Shown: in pieces, positions 47,081 to 57,149 of the stretch
How the letters are laid out: every line of letters begins with the position of its first letter
Position numbering within the stretch: position 1 is the stretch's first letter
Virus record (IMG/VR): IMGVR_UViG_3300045988_147489
Coordinates: 20,848 to 84,847 of that record
Reading direction: 5' to 3' (one strand)
Length of the DNA: 64,000 nt
Source of the DNA: a virus
Taxonomy: Duplodnaviria; Heunggongvirae; Uroviricota; Caudoviricetes
Notes under the pieces: model-generated
Seen by the model: only the letters and a program-made list of their open reading frames with translations
The model's database searches: none
What the model was told of the DNA's origin: nothing
Program-made: the position numbers and the translations under genes

Positions 47081-50000
47081 CTTCTCACTTGGGGAGTCGG
47101 CTTTAAAAGCAGAAAACGCGGTGAAGATTGCCAGAGAAGCTGGCTACACCGCTGTAATTTCAGCAGATAGCATGAATATTGCGAGCGTTATTCCACTACA
47201 ACGTGCCGCTGGTGACGACATGGCGGTTATTTGTGGTGTGAAACTAAACATTGTTGATGATCCCACATACGAGCACCGGGTTAAACTTGCTAAAGAATCT
47301 ATGAGATGTATGGAATCATTAGAGCGGGGACGTAACTACTCGTTTACCGCTCTAATTAAAAATGAGCAAGGATATCGCGACATCTGCGAACTAATGACGG
47401 TGGCCAACACACGAGAACAGTTCTACTTTGTACCGCGTCTCTCGCTCGAACAGTTGGTTTCTACATATGCCAAAGGCAACATCATCCTGCTCACTTCCGA
47501 CATCGATAGCGTGTTCCAACGCAACGATTTTGCAAAAATCACAAGCTCACTGATTACAGCGGGCGGGAAAGACAACTTCTATAGCGTGGTTTATCCGCAC
47601 CCTACCCCATTCTACGACCAGATTAACGTCCGGGCGATGAAAGTCGCCAGCGCATTGAAAATAGAGCCAGTGGCGTTCTATCCCGCTTATTACGAATCGA
47701 TCGACGATGCAGACATTAAAGACATTGCGCACATGGTTACGAACAACATAAAAATCGACCAGCCGCATCGTCTGCGTATCCCCCACCAGCGAGATAACGC
47801 CATCAATGGTCGTCGCCATCTCCTTGAGGCGCTTAAAGCCTTCTCCATTCGCATGGATGTGCCGGTAACAGCTGCAATGGCCTCAACAACGCAGGATACC
47901 ATTATCGATGCCTGCACATGGCGCTGGCATGAATTGCCACCAGCACTGCCCAAGATGGCAGACGACGAACCTGCAACGCTGATGAAACTGGCTGTTGCAG
48001 GGCTGCGTAAACGTCTTACCACAAAAGAGTTTGGATACACACCACCTGCTTCTGAGAACAGGGTTTATGTTGAGCGGCTAAAGTACGAAATGGACACGCT
48101 GACTCGCCTGGGATTCTGTGGTTACTTCCTGATGGTGCGCGATCTGATGAATCATAGTCGTGAAACTGGCATTCCCGTTGGGCCTGGTCGTGGTTCCTCT
48201 GCCGGTTCTCTGGTGGCGTGGTGCATAGGCATAACCAACGTCGACCCAATCCGTCACGGTCTTCTGTTTGAGCGTTTCATCAACCCTGAGCGTCTCGACT
48301 TGCCGGATGCGGACTTGGACTTCAGCCAGGCACGTCGCCATGAGGTGATCGAGTATCTGAATGAACGCTACGGCGAAGATTACGTTGCAGGCATTCCGAA
48401 CTTCACCTACCTGGGCGCAGCCTCTGCACTACGTGACACCGCTCGTATTTATGGTGTGGAGTCCGCAGATATGGCGGTATCAAAAGAACTGAAGAACGTC
48501 GAGGATGATAGCCTTCCATTGGAAGAGCTGCGCGAACAACTGGCAAGTCTCGACAAATACGCAACAAAATATCCTGATGCATTCAATGCAGCCTGCAAGT
48601 TACAAAGCCTTATGCGTGGCTTTGGTAGACATGCGGCAGGGATGATCGTAGCAGGTGTTCCTCTGACAGAACGTACACCGGTTGAGCGCCGTGGTGACGC
48701 GCGTTGTATCGCATTTGACAAGCGTTACTGCGAGGCTATGGGCCTAATTAAGCTGGACGTACTTGGTCTGGCAACTCTCGATTTGCTCGATAGTGCAAAA
48801 CGCTACATAAAAGAGAACACAGGTGAAGATATCAATCTTGATGCCATTTCTCTTGAAGATCGCAAGGTGCTGGATGGTTTTGCTGCTGGGTACACTCAAG
48901 GTGTTTTCCAGCTTGAATCAGGCCCAATGCGCAAGCTGCTTAAAGATTTAGGTGGTGGAATTGAGCCAATGAGCTTTAAAACGGTTGTTGCTACGACTGC
49001 GCTCTTCCGGCCGGGGCCAATTCAGTCAGGCATGTTGGATGACTATGTTTCTGTAGCCAAAGGCTTTATGACGCCGGAATCATTACACCCCGTTCTTGAT
49101 GAACTTACCGCAGAAACAAATGGCGTGATTCTCTATCAGGAACAGACGATGAACGCGACTCGATTGCTTGCTGGCTTCACAATGGCTGAAGCTGACGGCG
49201 TTCGTAAAGCGATCGGCAAAAAAGACATGGAAAAAATGAAGAGCATGGGCGAGAAGTTCATCGTTCAGGCTCAAGCTGGCTGGATAGACGTTGAGCTGGA
49301 AGATGGCACTACACAGCGCATTCACCGTGCGGAACATTTTAAATGCGAAGACGGAACTCTGAAAACTGTCGAAGAGGCACTTGAGTACGGCGCAAAACTA
49401 CCTATAAACGCAGTACGCGTTACAGCGTCACATCCAGGGCTATCAGAGATGAAAGCGAAGGAGATCTGGACCGCATTCGAAAAGAATGGTGCCTACCAGT
49501 TCAACAAATCACACTCTGTTGCTTACTCCTTAATCAGTTATCAATCTATGTGGTTGAAAATTCATTATCCCGCGGAGTTCTTCGCTGCTGCTCTCACTAT
49601 TCTTGGCGAAGATAAACACCAGGGGCTGGTTAAAGATGCGCTGACCTATGGTATTCGCGTATTGCCACCAGACGTTAACGTGTCATCTAACCGAATCGAG
49701 ATCCGCACGCTTGAAGATGGCAGCCAGGTGCTGTATGCGCCCTTCTCTGCTGTGAAAGGGTGTTCTGAGAATGGCTGCCAAGCCATCATGAGAGCGCGAG
49801 AAAAAGTTGGCGGCAAATTCGAGTCACTGGCGCAATTCGAAGAAGCTGTCGAGAAACGTGCCTGTAATAGTCGAGTGCGCGAATCGCTGCAAAAAGTAGG
49901 GGCGTTTGCATCCATCGAGCCAGGCAGTCTGCCAGCAACTGATCCAGAGCGCCTACGCGACCAGGCTGAATTGATGGGAAACCTTGTCATAGACGCAGTT

Positions 50001-50573
50001 AAAGCCTCACGTCCGTTTGAGATGAACCCCAAACGTTCGGCTGAAATTAACGTACTCATGACGCGGATGGCGGCTGAAATGGGCTTAGGTGATGAACTAA
50101 TCCGCCCCAGCATTGGTATTAAGCCGAAAATCATGATCATTCTGGACAATGCGAACGGCAATGATGCTCGAACCGGTTACTTTATGGAGAACGGATACGA
50201 CGACTTTAAGGCCAAGCTATTGACGGCTGGAGATTTACGCATGGGCGATCTCTATGTCACAGGTGTTTGCAAGAAGGTTAAAGACAAAGAAAAAGACTAC
50301 ACCAAAGACGAGATCGGCCAGTTCACCGACTTTATGCGTGAAGAGATCAATCTGGTGCGTCCGACCTATGTGCTGACGTGTGGCAGCCGGGCAACTTCAT
50401 TGTTTAACAACAAAAACAAGCCATCCGATTTGGTCGGCAGGAAGGAGTATCTTCCAGACCTTGACGTTACTGTCTTTTACGGGTTTAACCCCAACATTCT
50501 TTACTTCAGACCTGAAGAGGGAGAACGACTAGAAGCGATATTAACCGACGTAGCAGAAACTATTAAGTCGTGA
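47055..50573 (+). CDS. DNA polymerase III alpha subunit (DnaE-like, with PHP domain)
   Basis: palm-domain signature GPGRGSSAGSLVAWCIGITNVDPIRHGLLFERFINPER...LPDADLDF; length 1172 aa. Confidence 0.85.
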   Translation: MKALMVRTDFSLGESALKAENAVKIAREAGYTAVISADSMNIASVIPLQRAAGDDMAVICGVKLNIVDDPTYEHRVKLAKESMRCMESLERGRNYSFTALIKNEQGYRDICELMTVANTREQFYFVPRLSLEQLVSTYAKGNIILLTSDIDSVFQRNDFAKITSSLITAGGKDNFYSVVYPHPTPFYDQINVRAMKVASALKIEPVAFYPAYYESIDDADIKDIAHMVTNNIKIDQPHRLRIPHQRDNAINGRRHLLEALKAFSIRMDVPVTAAMASTTQDTIIDACTWRWHELPPALPKMADDEPATLMKLAVAGLRKRLTTKEFGYTPPASENRVYVERLKYEMDTLTRLGFCGYFLMVRDLMNHSRETGIPVGPGRGSSAGSLVAWCIGITNVDPIRHGLLFERFINPERLDLPDADLDFSQARRHEVIEYLNERYGEDYVAGIPNFTYLGAASALRDTARIYGVESADMAVSKELKNVEDDSLPLEELREQLASLDKYATKYPDAFNAACKLQSLMRGFGRHAAGMIVAGVPLTERTPVERRGDARCIAFDKRYCEAMGLIKLDVLGLATLDLLDSAKRYIKENTGEDINLDAISLEDRKVLDGFAAGYTQGVFQLESGPMRKLLKDLGGGIEPMSFKTVVATTALFRPGPIQSGMLDDYVSVAKGFMTPESLHPVLDELTAETNGVILYQEQTMNATRLLAGFTMAEADGVRKAIGKKDMEKMKSMGEKFIVQAQAGWIDVELEDGTTQRIHRAEHFKCEDGTLKTVEEALEYGAKLPINAVRVTASHPGLSEMKAKEIWTAFEKNGAYQFNKSHSVAYSLISYQSMWLKIHYPAEFFAAALTILGEDKHQGLVKDALTYGIRVLPPDVNVSSNRIEIRTLEDGSQVLYAPFSAVKGCSENGCQAIMRAREKVGGKFESLAQFEEAVEKRACNSRVRESLQKVGAFASIEPGSLPATDPERLRDQAELMGNLVIDAVKASRPFEMNPKRSAEINVLMTRMAAEMGLGDELIRPSIGIKPKIMIILDNANGNDARTGYFMENGYDDFKAKLLTAGDLRMGDLYVTGVCKKVKDKEKDYTKDEIGQFTDFMREEINLVRPTYVLTCGSRATSLFNNKNKPSDLVGRKEYLPDLDVTVFYGFNPNILYFRPEEGERLEAILTDVAETIKS

Positions 50574-50580
50574 TCCAATA

Positions 50581-50610
50581 AACATGGCCTCTATGGCCAT
50601 GTTTTCTCTT
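50581..50610 (+). terminator. terminator-like hairpin
   Basis: AACATGGCC-TCTAT-GGCCATGTT then TTCTCTT. Confidence 0.5.
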
Positions 50611-50698
50611 ATCCCCTCATATCCCCTATCCTCGAACTCCTTGCCTTATCATCACAATGATATAATCAATATAAGATGATAAGTCAAAAGGAAAGCAC

Positions 50699-51130
50699 AT
50701 GATCACCGATATTTACGAGAAAATAATGTCTGATCTCGAGTTTGACCGAGACAATCTGGAGGAAGTCTGGCGTAGACAACCCCGCCTTTTAATGGAGTAT
50801 GGCTCAAAACTCGCTCATGCAGAAAGAAGTGTCGCAGAGGCAAAACTTAACCTTGAAGCTGTTGAAGCAAAGCTATACGACACAGAGCGTAAGAACTTGA
50901 GTATGAACGGTATTAAGTTCAACGAGTCTGTACTGGACGCTAAGGTTAAAACAAACCCACAGTATCTGTCTAAACGGCAGAAGTTGGATGAAGCACGGCA
51001 CATCGCAGACATATACAAACATGCTGTCGCCGCCTTTTCGCATCGCCGAGACATGATCGTTCAGGCGTCAAAGATGGCCATCGTTGAATTAGAGCGATTA
51101 GGCTCTGAACGCTTTATTACTCCCCGTTGA
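50699..51130 (+). CDS. hypothetical coiled-coil protein
   Basis: ORF with conserved RBS cassette. Confidence 0.45.
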   Translation: MITDIYEKIMSDLEFDRDNLEEVWRRQPRLLMEYGSKLAHAERSVAEAKLNLEAVEAKLYDTERKNLSMNGIKFNESVLDAKVKTNPQYLSKRQKLDEARHIADIYKHAVAAFSHRRDMIVQASKMAIVELERLGSERFITPR

Positions 51131-51247
51131 TTTTTGATAGATAATAAGTAAGTACTGATCTATCATTTAACAGCTCGAAAGAGCCACGAATGAACGAAAG
51201 CCCAACGCGCATAGCGCCATCGGCCAAATCACAACAAGGAGAAACAC

Positions 51248-52276
51248 ATGTCTAAGACATTACTTGATTTGCTTAACAAAACTCGTGAAGACATTGCCGC
51301 CAAACGTGGTAACAACGTTGATCTGACTCGCTTAAAAGACGGCGTCAACTATATCCGCATCTTCCCGAATAAAGACGACCCAAACGGTAAGTTCTTCCAG
51401 ACTTTCGGTATGCACTACGTTAAGTATCAGAACGAGGAAGGTAAAGAAGCAACCAACGCTTATATTTGTGAGCAACATACTCACGGTCGCGCTTGTCAGC
51501 TATGCGAAATGGTGATGGAAGGTCGCGCTCGTCACAAGGGTAACAAAGCAATGGAAGAACGCATCGGTCAAATGCGTGCCACTCCTCGCTACCTGGTCAA
51601 CGGCATTCTTTCTGCTCGTGAGGATTTCGCAGATGCTGAGAAATGCCAGTTAATCGAGCTGCCGTCTACTGTATTCGATGATATCTGCAAAGCAATCACC
51701 GAAGACATCGCTGATGATATCGGCAATCCACTGAGCAAAGAGGAAGGCTACGCATTCCTGATTAAACGTACTGGCTCTGGTCGCGATACCAAATATGACG
51801 TCTCGCCTAAGCGTAAAGTCTACAAAGGCGATATCGAAGATAAATTCTGGAATACCCAGCATGATCTGATCGCATACGCAAATCAGGCTGATGAAACTCG
51901 TCTTCTGTCGACAGTTCGCACTATGGGTCGTCTGATTGGCATCGCTGCACCAACTGCCGCAGCATCTGCACCAGCAATTTCCTCAACCGCGAAAACATCG
52001 GCTGCGGCACTACCTGGATTTGGCTCTGTCACTGGTCATACGGAGGGTGCGACTGCTGTAGCTACCGCTCATACCCCAGCTTCTGAACCAACCAGTCTGG
52101 TTGATGAAGAAATCCTCCGTGCCGTTGAAACTGAATTTAAACCAGAAGCAAGTCCCGCTGCCGTTGCAGTATCAGTCAAAGAGTCTGAAGCAGTCGCAGC
52201 GACATCTGTAGCAGCCGCATCTGCGACGGAAGATGAAGGTCTGGATGACCTACTGAGAGAGCTGGACTCTCTGTAA
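51248..52276 (+). CDS. ssDNA-binding protein (T4 gp32-like) with acidic C-terminal tail
   Basis: His/Cys cluster CEQHTHGRACQLCE in an N-terminal segment (IRIFPNKDDPNG) that resembles my recollection of the gp32 zinc-binding core; Ala-rich linker; acidic C-terminus EDEGLDDLLRELDSL. Confidence 0.55.
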   Translation: MSKTLLDLLNKTREDIAAKRGNNVDLTRLKDGVNYIRIFPNKDDPNGKFFQTFGMHYVKYQNEEGKEATNAYICEQHTHGRACQLCEMVMEGRARHKGNKAMEERIGQMRATPRYLVNGILSAREDFADAEKCQLIELPSTVFDDICKAITEDIADDIGNPLSKEEGYAFLIKRTGSGRDTKYDVSPKRKVYKGDIEDKFWNTQHDLIAYANQADETRLLSTVRTMGRLIGIAAPTAAASAPAISSTAKTSAAALPGFGSVTGHTEGATAVATAHTPASEPTSLVDEEILRAVETEFKPEASPAAVAVSVKESEAVAATSVAAASATEDEGLDDLLRELDSL

Positions 52277-52293
52277 TCCCATTACGTGACCAG

Positions 52294-52322
52294 TAAGGCG
52301 TCTACGGACGCCTTACTTTTTG
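52294..52322 (+). terminator. rho-independent terminator (member of a repeated terminator family)
   Basis: TAAGGCGTC-TACG-GACGCCTTA then CTTTTT. Confidence 0.7.
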
Positions 52323-52336
52323 GAAGGAATGTACCG

Positions 52337-53281
52337 GTGAATTATCTCTTCGTAGATGGCAATAGCCTGGGTTATTACCACCAACAATCTGACAAATTGC
52401 ACAACGGCGAAATGGAAGTACAGGCTGCTTTCGGCTTTGTTAAGAACGTCCGTCGTTATGCCTCCATCCTCCATGCCCGACCTATGATTCTTTGGGATGG
52501 ATTTAGTGACAAGCGTCGCGACTTTTACCCGGACTACAAAGCAAATCGCGACGACGATCCTGATATGAAAAAGATGAAGGAAGGCTTTGCTATCCAGAAG
52601 CCATACATCCTCAAAATGATGACCGCGCTTGGAGTTACCCAACTCATTGCAAAAGATGCAGAAGCGGATGATCTGGCCGGGCTGCTGGTAGCCAGCATTG
52701 CACCGCAGCCAATCGTTGAACACATCTATCTGTTAACAGGCGATAGCGACTGGCTTCAGTTAGTTCGCGAAAACGTAAGCTGGGTAAGCCTGCGCGAAGA
52801 CGCCAAAAACAAGCAGGTTAATTTTGAGCAATTTGCGGAGCTGACAGGATTCGCTACTCCTCGCGCATTTTTGGAAGCAAAAGCATTACAAGGCGATAAA
52901 TCGGACAACATTAGCGGTGTTGGTGGCATTGGTGCTGGCGGTGCGAAAGAGCTGCTGCATGAATGGGGAAGTGTCGCAACGATGGTACGCGGCATCAACG
53001 ACGGCTCAATCGTGGTTGACAAAGGACGCCATAAGACCGCCTTCAACAAACTAGCGAAGAATGCCTTCAACGAGAAAACAGGCTGTCGAATGCTCGAAGC
53101 GTTCAAGAGAAACATCACGCTAATGAACCTGATTGAGACGAAGTTTCCGCCTACCGAAATCGAAACAATCAAAGGCAATCGTGACGTGAAAGCATTCGAG
53201 CAACTGTGCTACGAGCTGAATTTCCGTTCGTTCCTTGAAGACCTTGAAGTGTTTGTTCTTCCATTCGAAAGGTATTGCTAA
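52337..53281 (+). CDS. 5'-3' exonuclease / flap endonuclease (FEN-like)
   Basis: N-terminal NYLFVDGNSLGYY, LTGDSD, helix-3-turn-helix GVGGIGAGGAKELL; GTG start placed after the terminator with GGAAGG RBS. Confidence 0.7.
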   Translation: MNYLFVDGNSLGYYHQQSDKLHNGEMEVQAAFGFVKNVRRYASILHARPMILWDGFSDKRRDFYPDYKANRDDDPDMKKMKEGFAIQKPYILKMMTALGVTQLIAKDAEADDLAGLLVASIAPQPIVEHIYLLTGDSDWLQLVRENVSWVSLREDAKNKQVNFEQFAELTGFATPRAFLEAKALQGDKSDNISGVGGIGAGGAKELLHEWGSVATMVRGINDGSIVVDKGRHKTAFNKLAKNAFNEKTGCRMLEAFKRNITLMNLIETKFPPTEIETIKGNRDVKAFEQLCYELNFRSFLEDLEVFVLPFERYC

Positions 53282-53547
53282 TGCTTAAATCGATTATCAA
53301 TGGCGCTACAACCACCCCTGCCCAACTGGCAAAAGAGATTGTCTTTTATCACGGTGAGTACGCTGTCATCGCACTGCCGTCAATTCTAGGCGCTGCCGGA
53401 ATGAAAGCGACAGATCGCGAGTTTGGATTAGTCAGCGAGCAGGTCGTAAAAATCCTCGCTCGTGTATCCAGACTCCTTAACCACGATGCGATTATATTCG
53501 ACGAATCCGCCGCTTTAAAACGAATCAACGAAACAAAAGGAGCCTGA
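53275..53547 (+). CDS. hypothetical small protein
   Basis: 90-aa ORF between exonuclease and recA-like gene. Confidence 0.35.
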   Translation: MLMLKSIINGATTTPAQLAKEIVFYHGEYAVIALPSILGAAGMKATDREFGLVSEQVVKILARVSRLLNHDAIIFDESAALKRINETKGA

Positions 53548-53549
53548 TC

Positions 53550-54623
53550 ATGGCAAAAGGAAAATCCGCACTGGCACTTGCTCTGAAAAAGAAAATCGGT
53601 AGCAACGACGAAATTCAGAAAGTAACTCATTGGATTGATACAGGCTTTCCACCGTTAAACAAAGCTATTTCTGGTCGTTACGATGGCGGCTTCCCATGTG
53701 GTCGTATCGTCGAAGTATTCGGTCCTCCAAGTGCAGGGAAAACGTTCCTTGCAACAGCAGCGATGATCTCCGCTCAAAAACAAGATGGTCTGGCGGTATT
53801 CCTCGATCATGAAAACAGTTTTGACGTTGGCCTGGCTGTAGCCAATGGCCTGAACGCAGATGAGGATGACGGTCAGTGGGTATACAAGCAGCCTGATACC
53901 TTCGAAGACTCTGTAGAGTTGATCGGCACAATTCTTAAATTGGTACGTGATGAAGAGCTTATTCCTGAATCAGCACCTATCTGTATCGTGGCTGACTCAC
54001 TTGCGTCTATGGTTCCGAACTCCAAAGCCGAGAAGTTCGAAAAGATGGCTGAAGGCACTGCCAAAGACAAAGATCAGCTAAACATGAACGACAATACGGC
54101 ACTGGCTCGTGCGACAAGTGCGAACTTCCCTACTCTGGCTTTGTGGGCACGCAAATACAACGCCTGCATCATCTTCTTGAATCAGGTTCGCACAAAAATC
54201 GGTGTAATGTTTGGCGACCCTACTACGTCTCCAGGTGGAGATTCACCGAAGTTCTACGCTTCTGTACGTATCCGTCTTGGTGCATCGGTGATGAAGGATG
54301 GTAAAGAGAAGATCGGCCAGGACGTAGGCGCAGAATGCATCAAAAACAAAGTTGCACCACCGTATGGCAAATGCACCTGGAAATTCTACTTCGATCCTAC
54401 TCGTGGCCTCGACGTTATCGAATCGCTCGTCGAGTACATGCTGGAAGAAGGATACCTGCCAAAGAACGCCAGCGGGCGAGTTGAAATTGGTGACAAGAAA
54501 TACACCAAATCGCAGATCGTCGAGATGTATCGGGAGAAGCCACTGGCTGAAATCATTGCGGCTTTGCAGGCAATCGACGACCGAAGAGCAAAAGACAACC
54601 CAACCGAGTCAGTAGAAGAGTAA
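53550..54623 (+). CDS. RecA-family recombinase
   Basis: GGFPCGRIVEVFGPPSAGKTFLATAAM parallels the RecA Walker A region; AAAGGAG RBS. Confidence 0.8.
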   Translation: MAKGKSALALALKKKIGSNDEIQKVTHWIDTGFPPLNKAISGRYDGGFPCGRIVEVFGPPSAGKTFLATAAMISAQKQDGLAVFLDHENSFDVGLAVANGLNADEDDGQWVYKQPDTFEDSVELIGTILKLVRDEELIPESAPICIVADSLASMVPNSKAEKFEKMAEGTAKDKDQLNMNDNTALARATSANFPTLALWARKYNACIIFLNQVRTKIGVMFGDPTTSPGGDSPKFYASVRIRLGASVMKDGKEKIGQDVGAECIKNKVAPPYGKCTWKFYFDPTRGLDVIESLVEYMLEEGYLPKNASGRVEIGDKKYTKSQIVEMYREKPLAEIIAALQAIDDRRAKDNPTESVEE

Positions 54624-54628
54624 ACACA

Positions 54629-54653
54629 AGGCGTCCACAGGACGCCTTTTTTA
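54629..54653 (+). terminator. rho-independent terminator (repeated family)
   Basis: AGGCGTCC-ACAG-GGACGCCT then TTTTTT. Confidence 0.75.
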
Positions 54654-54715
54654 TCTCTTGAAAATATATAAGTACTTACTTATTATTTTCGCATAACAAC
54701 CACATAGGAAAACAC

Positions 54716-54916
54716 ATGATCAAAATCTATCTATTGGCAGTAGCCACAGGCGTTTCAGTGGCTCTCATCTACGGTTTACTGGTTCCGTCGCTGATTTCTA
54801 CCAAGAGTGATTTAGCCGTCATGTTTGGAGTTATCGTTGGTTTTGGTGCTCCTGTAATCGGTCTTATTGCTGGTCGTAAGTTTATCAACTCATTAATCAA
54901 AGCAAAGGGGAAATAA
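54716..54916 (+). CDS. small two-TM membrane protein (partner of SPFH protein)
   Basis: 66 aa, hydrophobic; conserved RBS cassette. Confidence 0.45.
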   Translation: MIKIYLLAVATGVSVALIYGLLVPSLISTKSDLAVMFGVIVGFGAPVIGLIAGRKFINSLIKAKGK

Positions 54917-54919
54917 GTA

Positions 54920-55750
54920 ATGAAGAAAGGTTTACTTGCAGTTGCTCTGGCGGCTATTTGCACAATGGGTCTTACTGGCTGTGATCGCGTGGAGCCTGGA
55001 TACGTTGGCATCAAAGTAAACAAATTAGGTGAAGACAAAGGGATCGGTGAAGTGGTTGGCGTTGGTCGCCAATGGACAGGTCTTAACACCGAACTTTACG
55101 TATTCCCGACCTTCAAACAAATGAAGACCTACGACGAACCGTTCACATTCCAGATGAGTGACGGTACTGCTATTGGTCACAAAATTGGCGTTGCGTATCT
55201 GGTTAATCGTGACAAGGTAACGACGGTGTTCCAGACCTATCGCAAAGGCGTAGACGATATCACCGAATCAGATCTGCGTCAGAAAATTGCCGACTCTCTA
55301 AACCGTTTGGCCAGCCGTATGACCACTGACTCATTTATCGACGGTGGTAAGGCGCAATTGCTGGACAACGCACTGAAAGACATTCAGAAAGAGATGTCTC
55401 CGGTTGGTATTGAGGTACTGAGCCTGTCATGGGTTGGAAAGCCTGATTACCCAAAAACCGTCATTGAATCTATCAACGCCAAAGTAACGGCTAACCAGCG
55501 TACTCTGCAACGTCAGCAGGAAGTTGAACAACGTAAAGCTGAGGCGAATATGCTACGTGAACAGGCTAATGGTGAAGCTGATGCTATCCGTGCTCGTGCT
55601 CAAGCAGAAGCAGACGCCATTCGTCTGCGCGGTGAAGCTCTGCGTCAAAACCCGAACGTTATGGAACTGGAAGCCATCAATAAATGGAATGGCCAGTTAC
55701 CGCAGTACATGACTCAAGGGGCTAACACTCCTTTCATTACAGTGAAATAA
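54920..55750 (+). CDS. SPFH/band-7 (prohibitin/stomatin-like) lipoprotein
   Basis: signal peptide with lipobox LTGC; band-7-like core; C-terminal Ala/Glu/Arg-rich coiled coil. Confidence 0.65.
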   Translation: MKKGLLAVALAAICTMGLTGCDRVEPGYVGIKVNKLGEDKGIGEVVGVGRQWTGLNTELYVFPTFKQMKTYDEPFTFQMSDGTAIGHKIGVAYLVNRDKVTTVFQTYRKGVDDITESDLRQKIADSLNRLASRMTTDSFIDGGKAQLLDNALKDIQKEMSPVGIEVLSLSWVGKPDYPKTVIESINAKVTANQRTLQRQQEVEQRKAEANMLREQANGEADAIRARAQAEADAIRLRGEALRQNPNVMELEAINKWNGQLPQYMTQGANTPFITVK

Positions 55751-55766
55751 CTCCCCTAAAAAGTTC

Positions 55767-55792
55767 AGGCGTCCAGTTGGACGCCTTTTTTA
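55767..55792 (+). terminator. rho-independent terminator (repeated family)
   Basis: AGGCGTCC-AGTT-GGACGCCT then TTTTTT. Confidence 0.75.
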
Positions 55793-55841
55793 TCGCAATT
55801 ATCTTATTAAGAAAACAATTTGTTTAAAAGGATAAGAAAAC

Positions 55842-56267
55842 ATGACAGTTATTAAGAAACTCTACGATGCCGCAAACGTGGCTCTGGATGTTATTGATGA
55901 TGAAGTAGCAAAAGGCTTTCCTGAACCTGATTGGGCGCATCAGCTACGAAACGCTATCGCAGAAATGACCCCACCAGATCCAACCCCCGACGAGACAGAC
56001 TGGCAGCGATTCATCCGTATGTACGCTCAGGAAATAGGTCCAACGCCAACGGCAGAGCAGGCAATGCTGCTGAAATACTTCAAAGAGGCGGGAGAGGATT
56101 TACCAATTGATGACTCAGCATATTGGTTCCACTGCGCATGGCGTAAGTATGACGTGATATACACACAAGGCATGGGAAGCAAAGATATGGTTGTGTGGCA
56201 TCTACTCCATATAGACACAGCCGTTGACAGAGTTATTGAACAGTTTTTCCCTAACCAAGAAGATTGA
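55842..56267 (+). CDS. hypothetical protein
   Basis: ORF from track. Confidence 0.45.
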   Translation: MTVIKKLYDAANVALDVIDDEVAKGFPEPDWAHQLRNAIAEMTPPDPTPDETDWQRFIRMYAQEIGPTPTAEQAMLLKYFKEAGEDLPIDDSAYWFHCAWRKYDVIYTQGMGSKDMVVWHLLHIDTAVDRVIEQFFPNQED

Positions 56268-56322
56268 TCGCCTATTCATAACTAACAAAATAAGTAAACA
56301 CTAACCACAAAAGGAAAAACAC

Positions 56323-56598
56323 ATGAGAGTTTTAGTTCGAATCGTTACCAGCACTGTCTATGACGTGTTTCCGCTTTTTATGGTCAAAGTCGATGGCCTT
56401 AACGATGAAGAAACTGACGCGCTGATCCAGCGTACTCTTGTTGAATATACAGGTCATGACGCTGATTCAGTGATGGTTGATGATGATGGTGTTTGTTGGC
56501 ATAACGGCAACTGTTGGTACGTAGAAGAGACTCAACAAATCAGTAATGAAGATGCTGAACATCTTGAGCGTATTTTAAGCATCAGCACTTTTGAGTGA
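56323..56598 (+). CDS. hypothetical protein
   Basis: ORF with conserved RBS cassette. Confidence 0.45.
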   Translation: MRVLVRIVTSTVYDVFPLFMVKVDGLNDEETDALIQRTLVEYTGHDADSVMVDDDGVCWHNGNCWYVEETQQISNEDAEHLERILSISTFE

Positions 56599-56813
56599 GT
56601 TTACAGTAAAGTTTATATAAGTTAGTATCTACCTATCATGAAGATTTTTATTGAATACTTGTTACTCATCGTTTCAATAGCTTTTGTCATCGACTGCATT
56701 TTCACTGGTGTCATTCGTAAAGTCTTTTCCCCGGTGCACGACGTAGTCATAAACGCTTTGGCTATCGTGCTCGTATTTAATTCAGCATTTGATGTAATCA
56801 AAGAGGTGGCAGC

Positions 56814-57149
56814 ATGAAGACCATCCCATTCGCGCTGTTGTTTCTTTCTTCGATCGTTGTGGCCGACACCACTGTTTATCAGTGTGAAATGTCTGTAGCC
56901 GACGTTAAGAATGGCGCTCTTACCGACGTCATAAAAGCACCATATGGAGCGATGGTCGTAGACAGCGGCGACCAGTTCTATGTTGTGCGTGACGATCGAG
57001 TGTTGTCATCCCCATATCTCACAAATCGTAATGGCAAATTAACCGGCGTCGGAGAAGACCACTTCGTATACAACAAATACAAGGGCTTCTATGGCGTTCA
57101 CGCTTCTCAGCAAAGCTACCTTTTCGATGACTGCAAGGAGGTTGGGTAA
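56814..57149 (+). CDS. small secreted protein (signal peptide)
   Basis: N-terminal hydrophobic signal-like segment MKTIPFALLFLSSIVVA. Confidence 0.4.
   Translation: MKTIPFALLFLSSIVVADTTVYQCEMSVADVKNGALTDVIKAPYGAMVVDSGDQFYVVRDDRVLSSPYLTNRNGKLTGVGEDHFVYNKYKGFYGVHASQQSYLFDDCKEVG

Noticed and set aside
52286-52336. Upstream GTG start at 52286 for the 5'-3' exonuclease
   Set aside because: This stretch contains the rho-independent terminator of the preceding gene; the in-frame GTG at 52337 with a GGAAGG RBS is more plausible.
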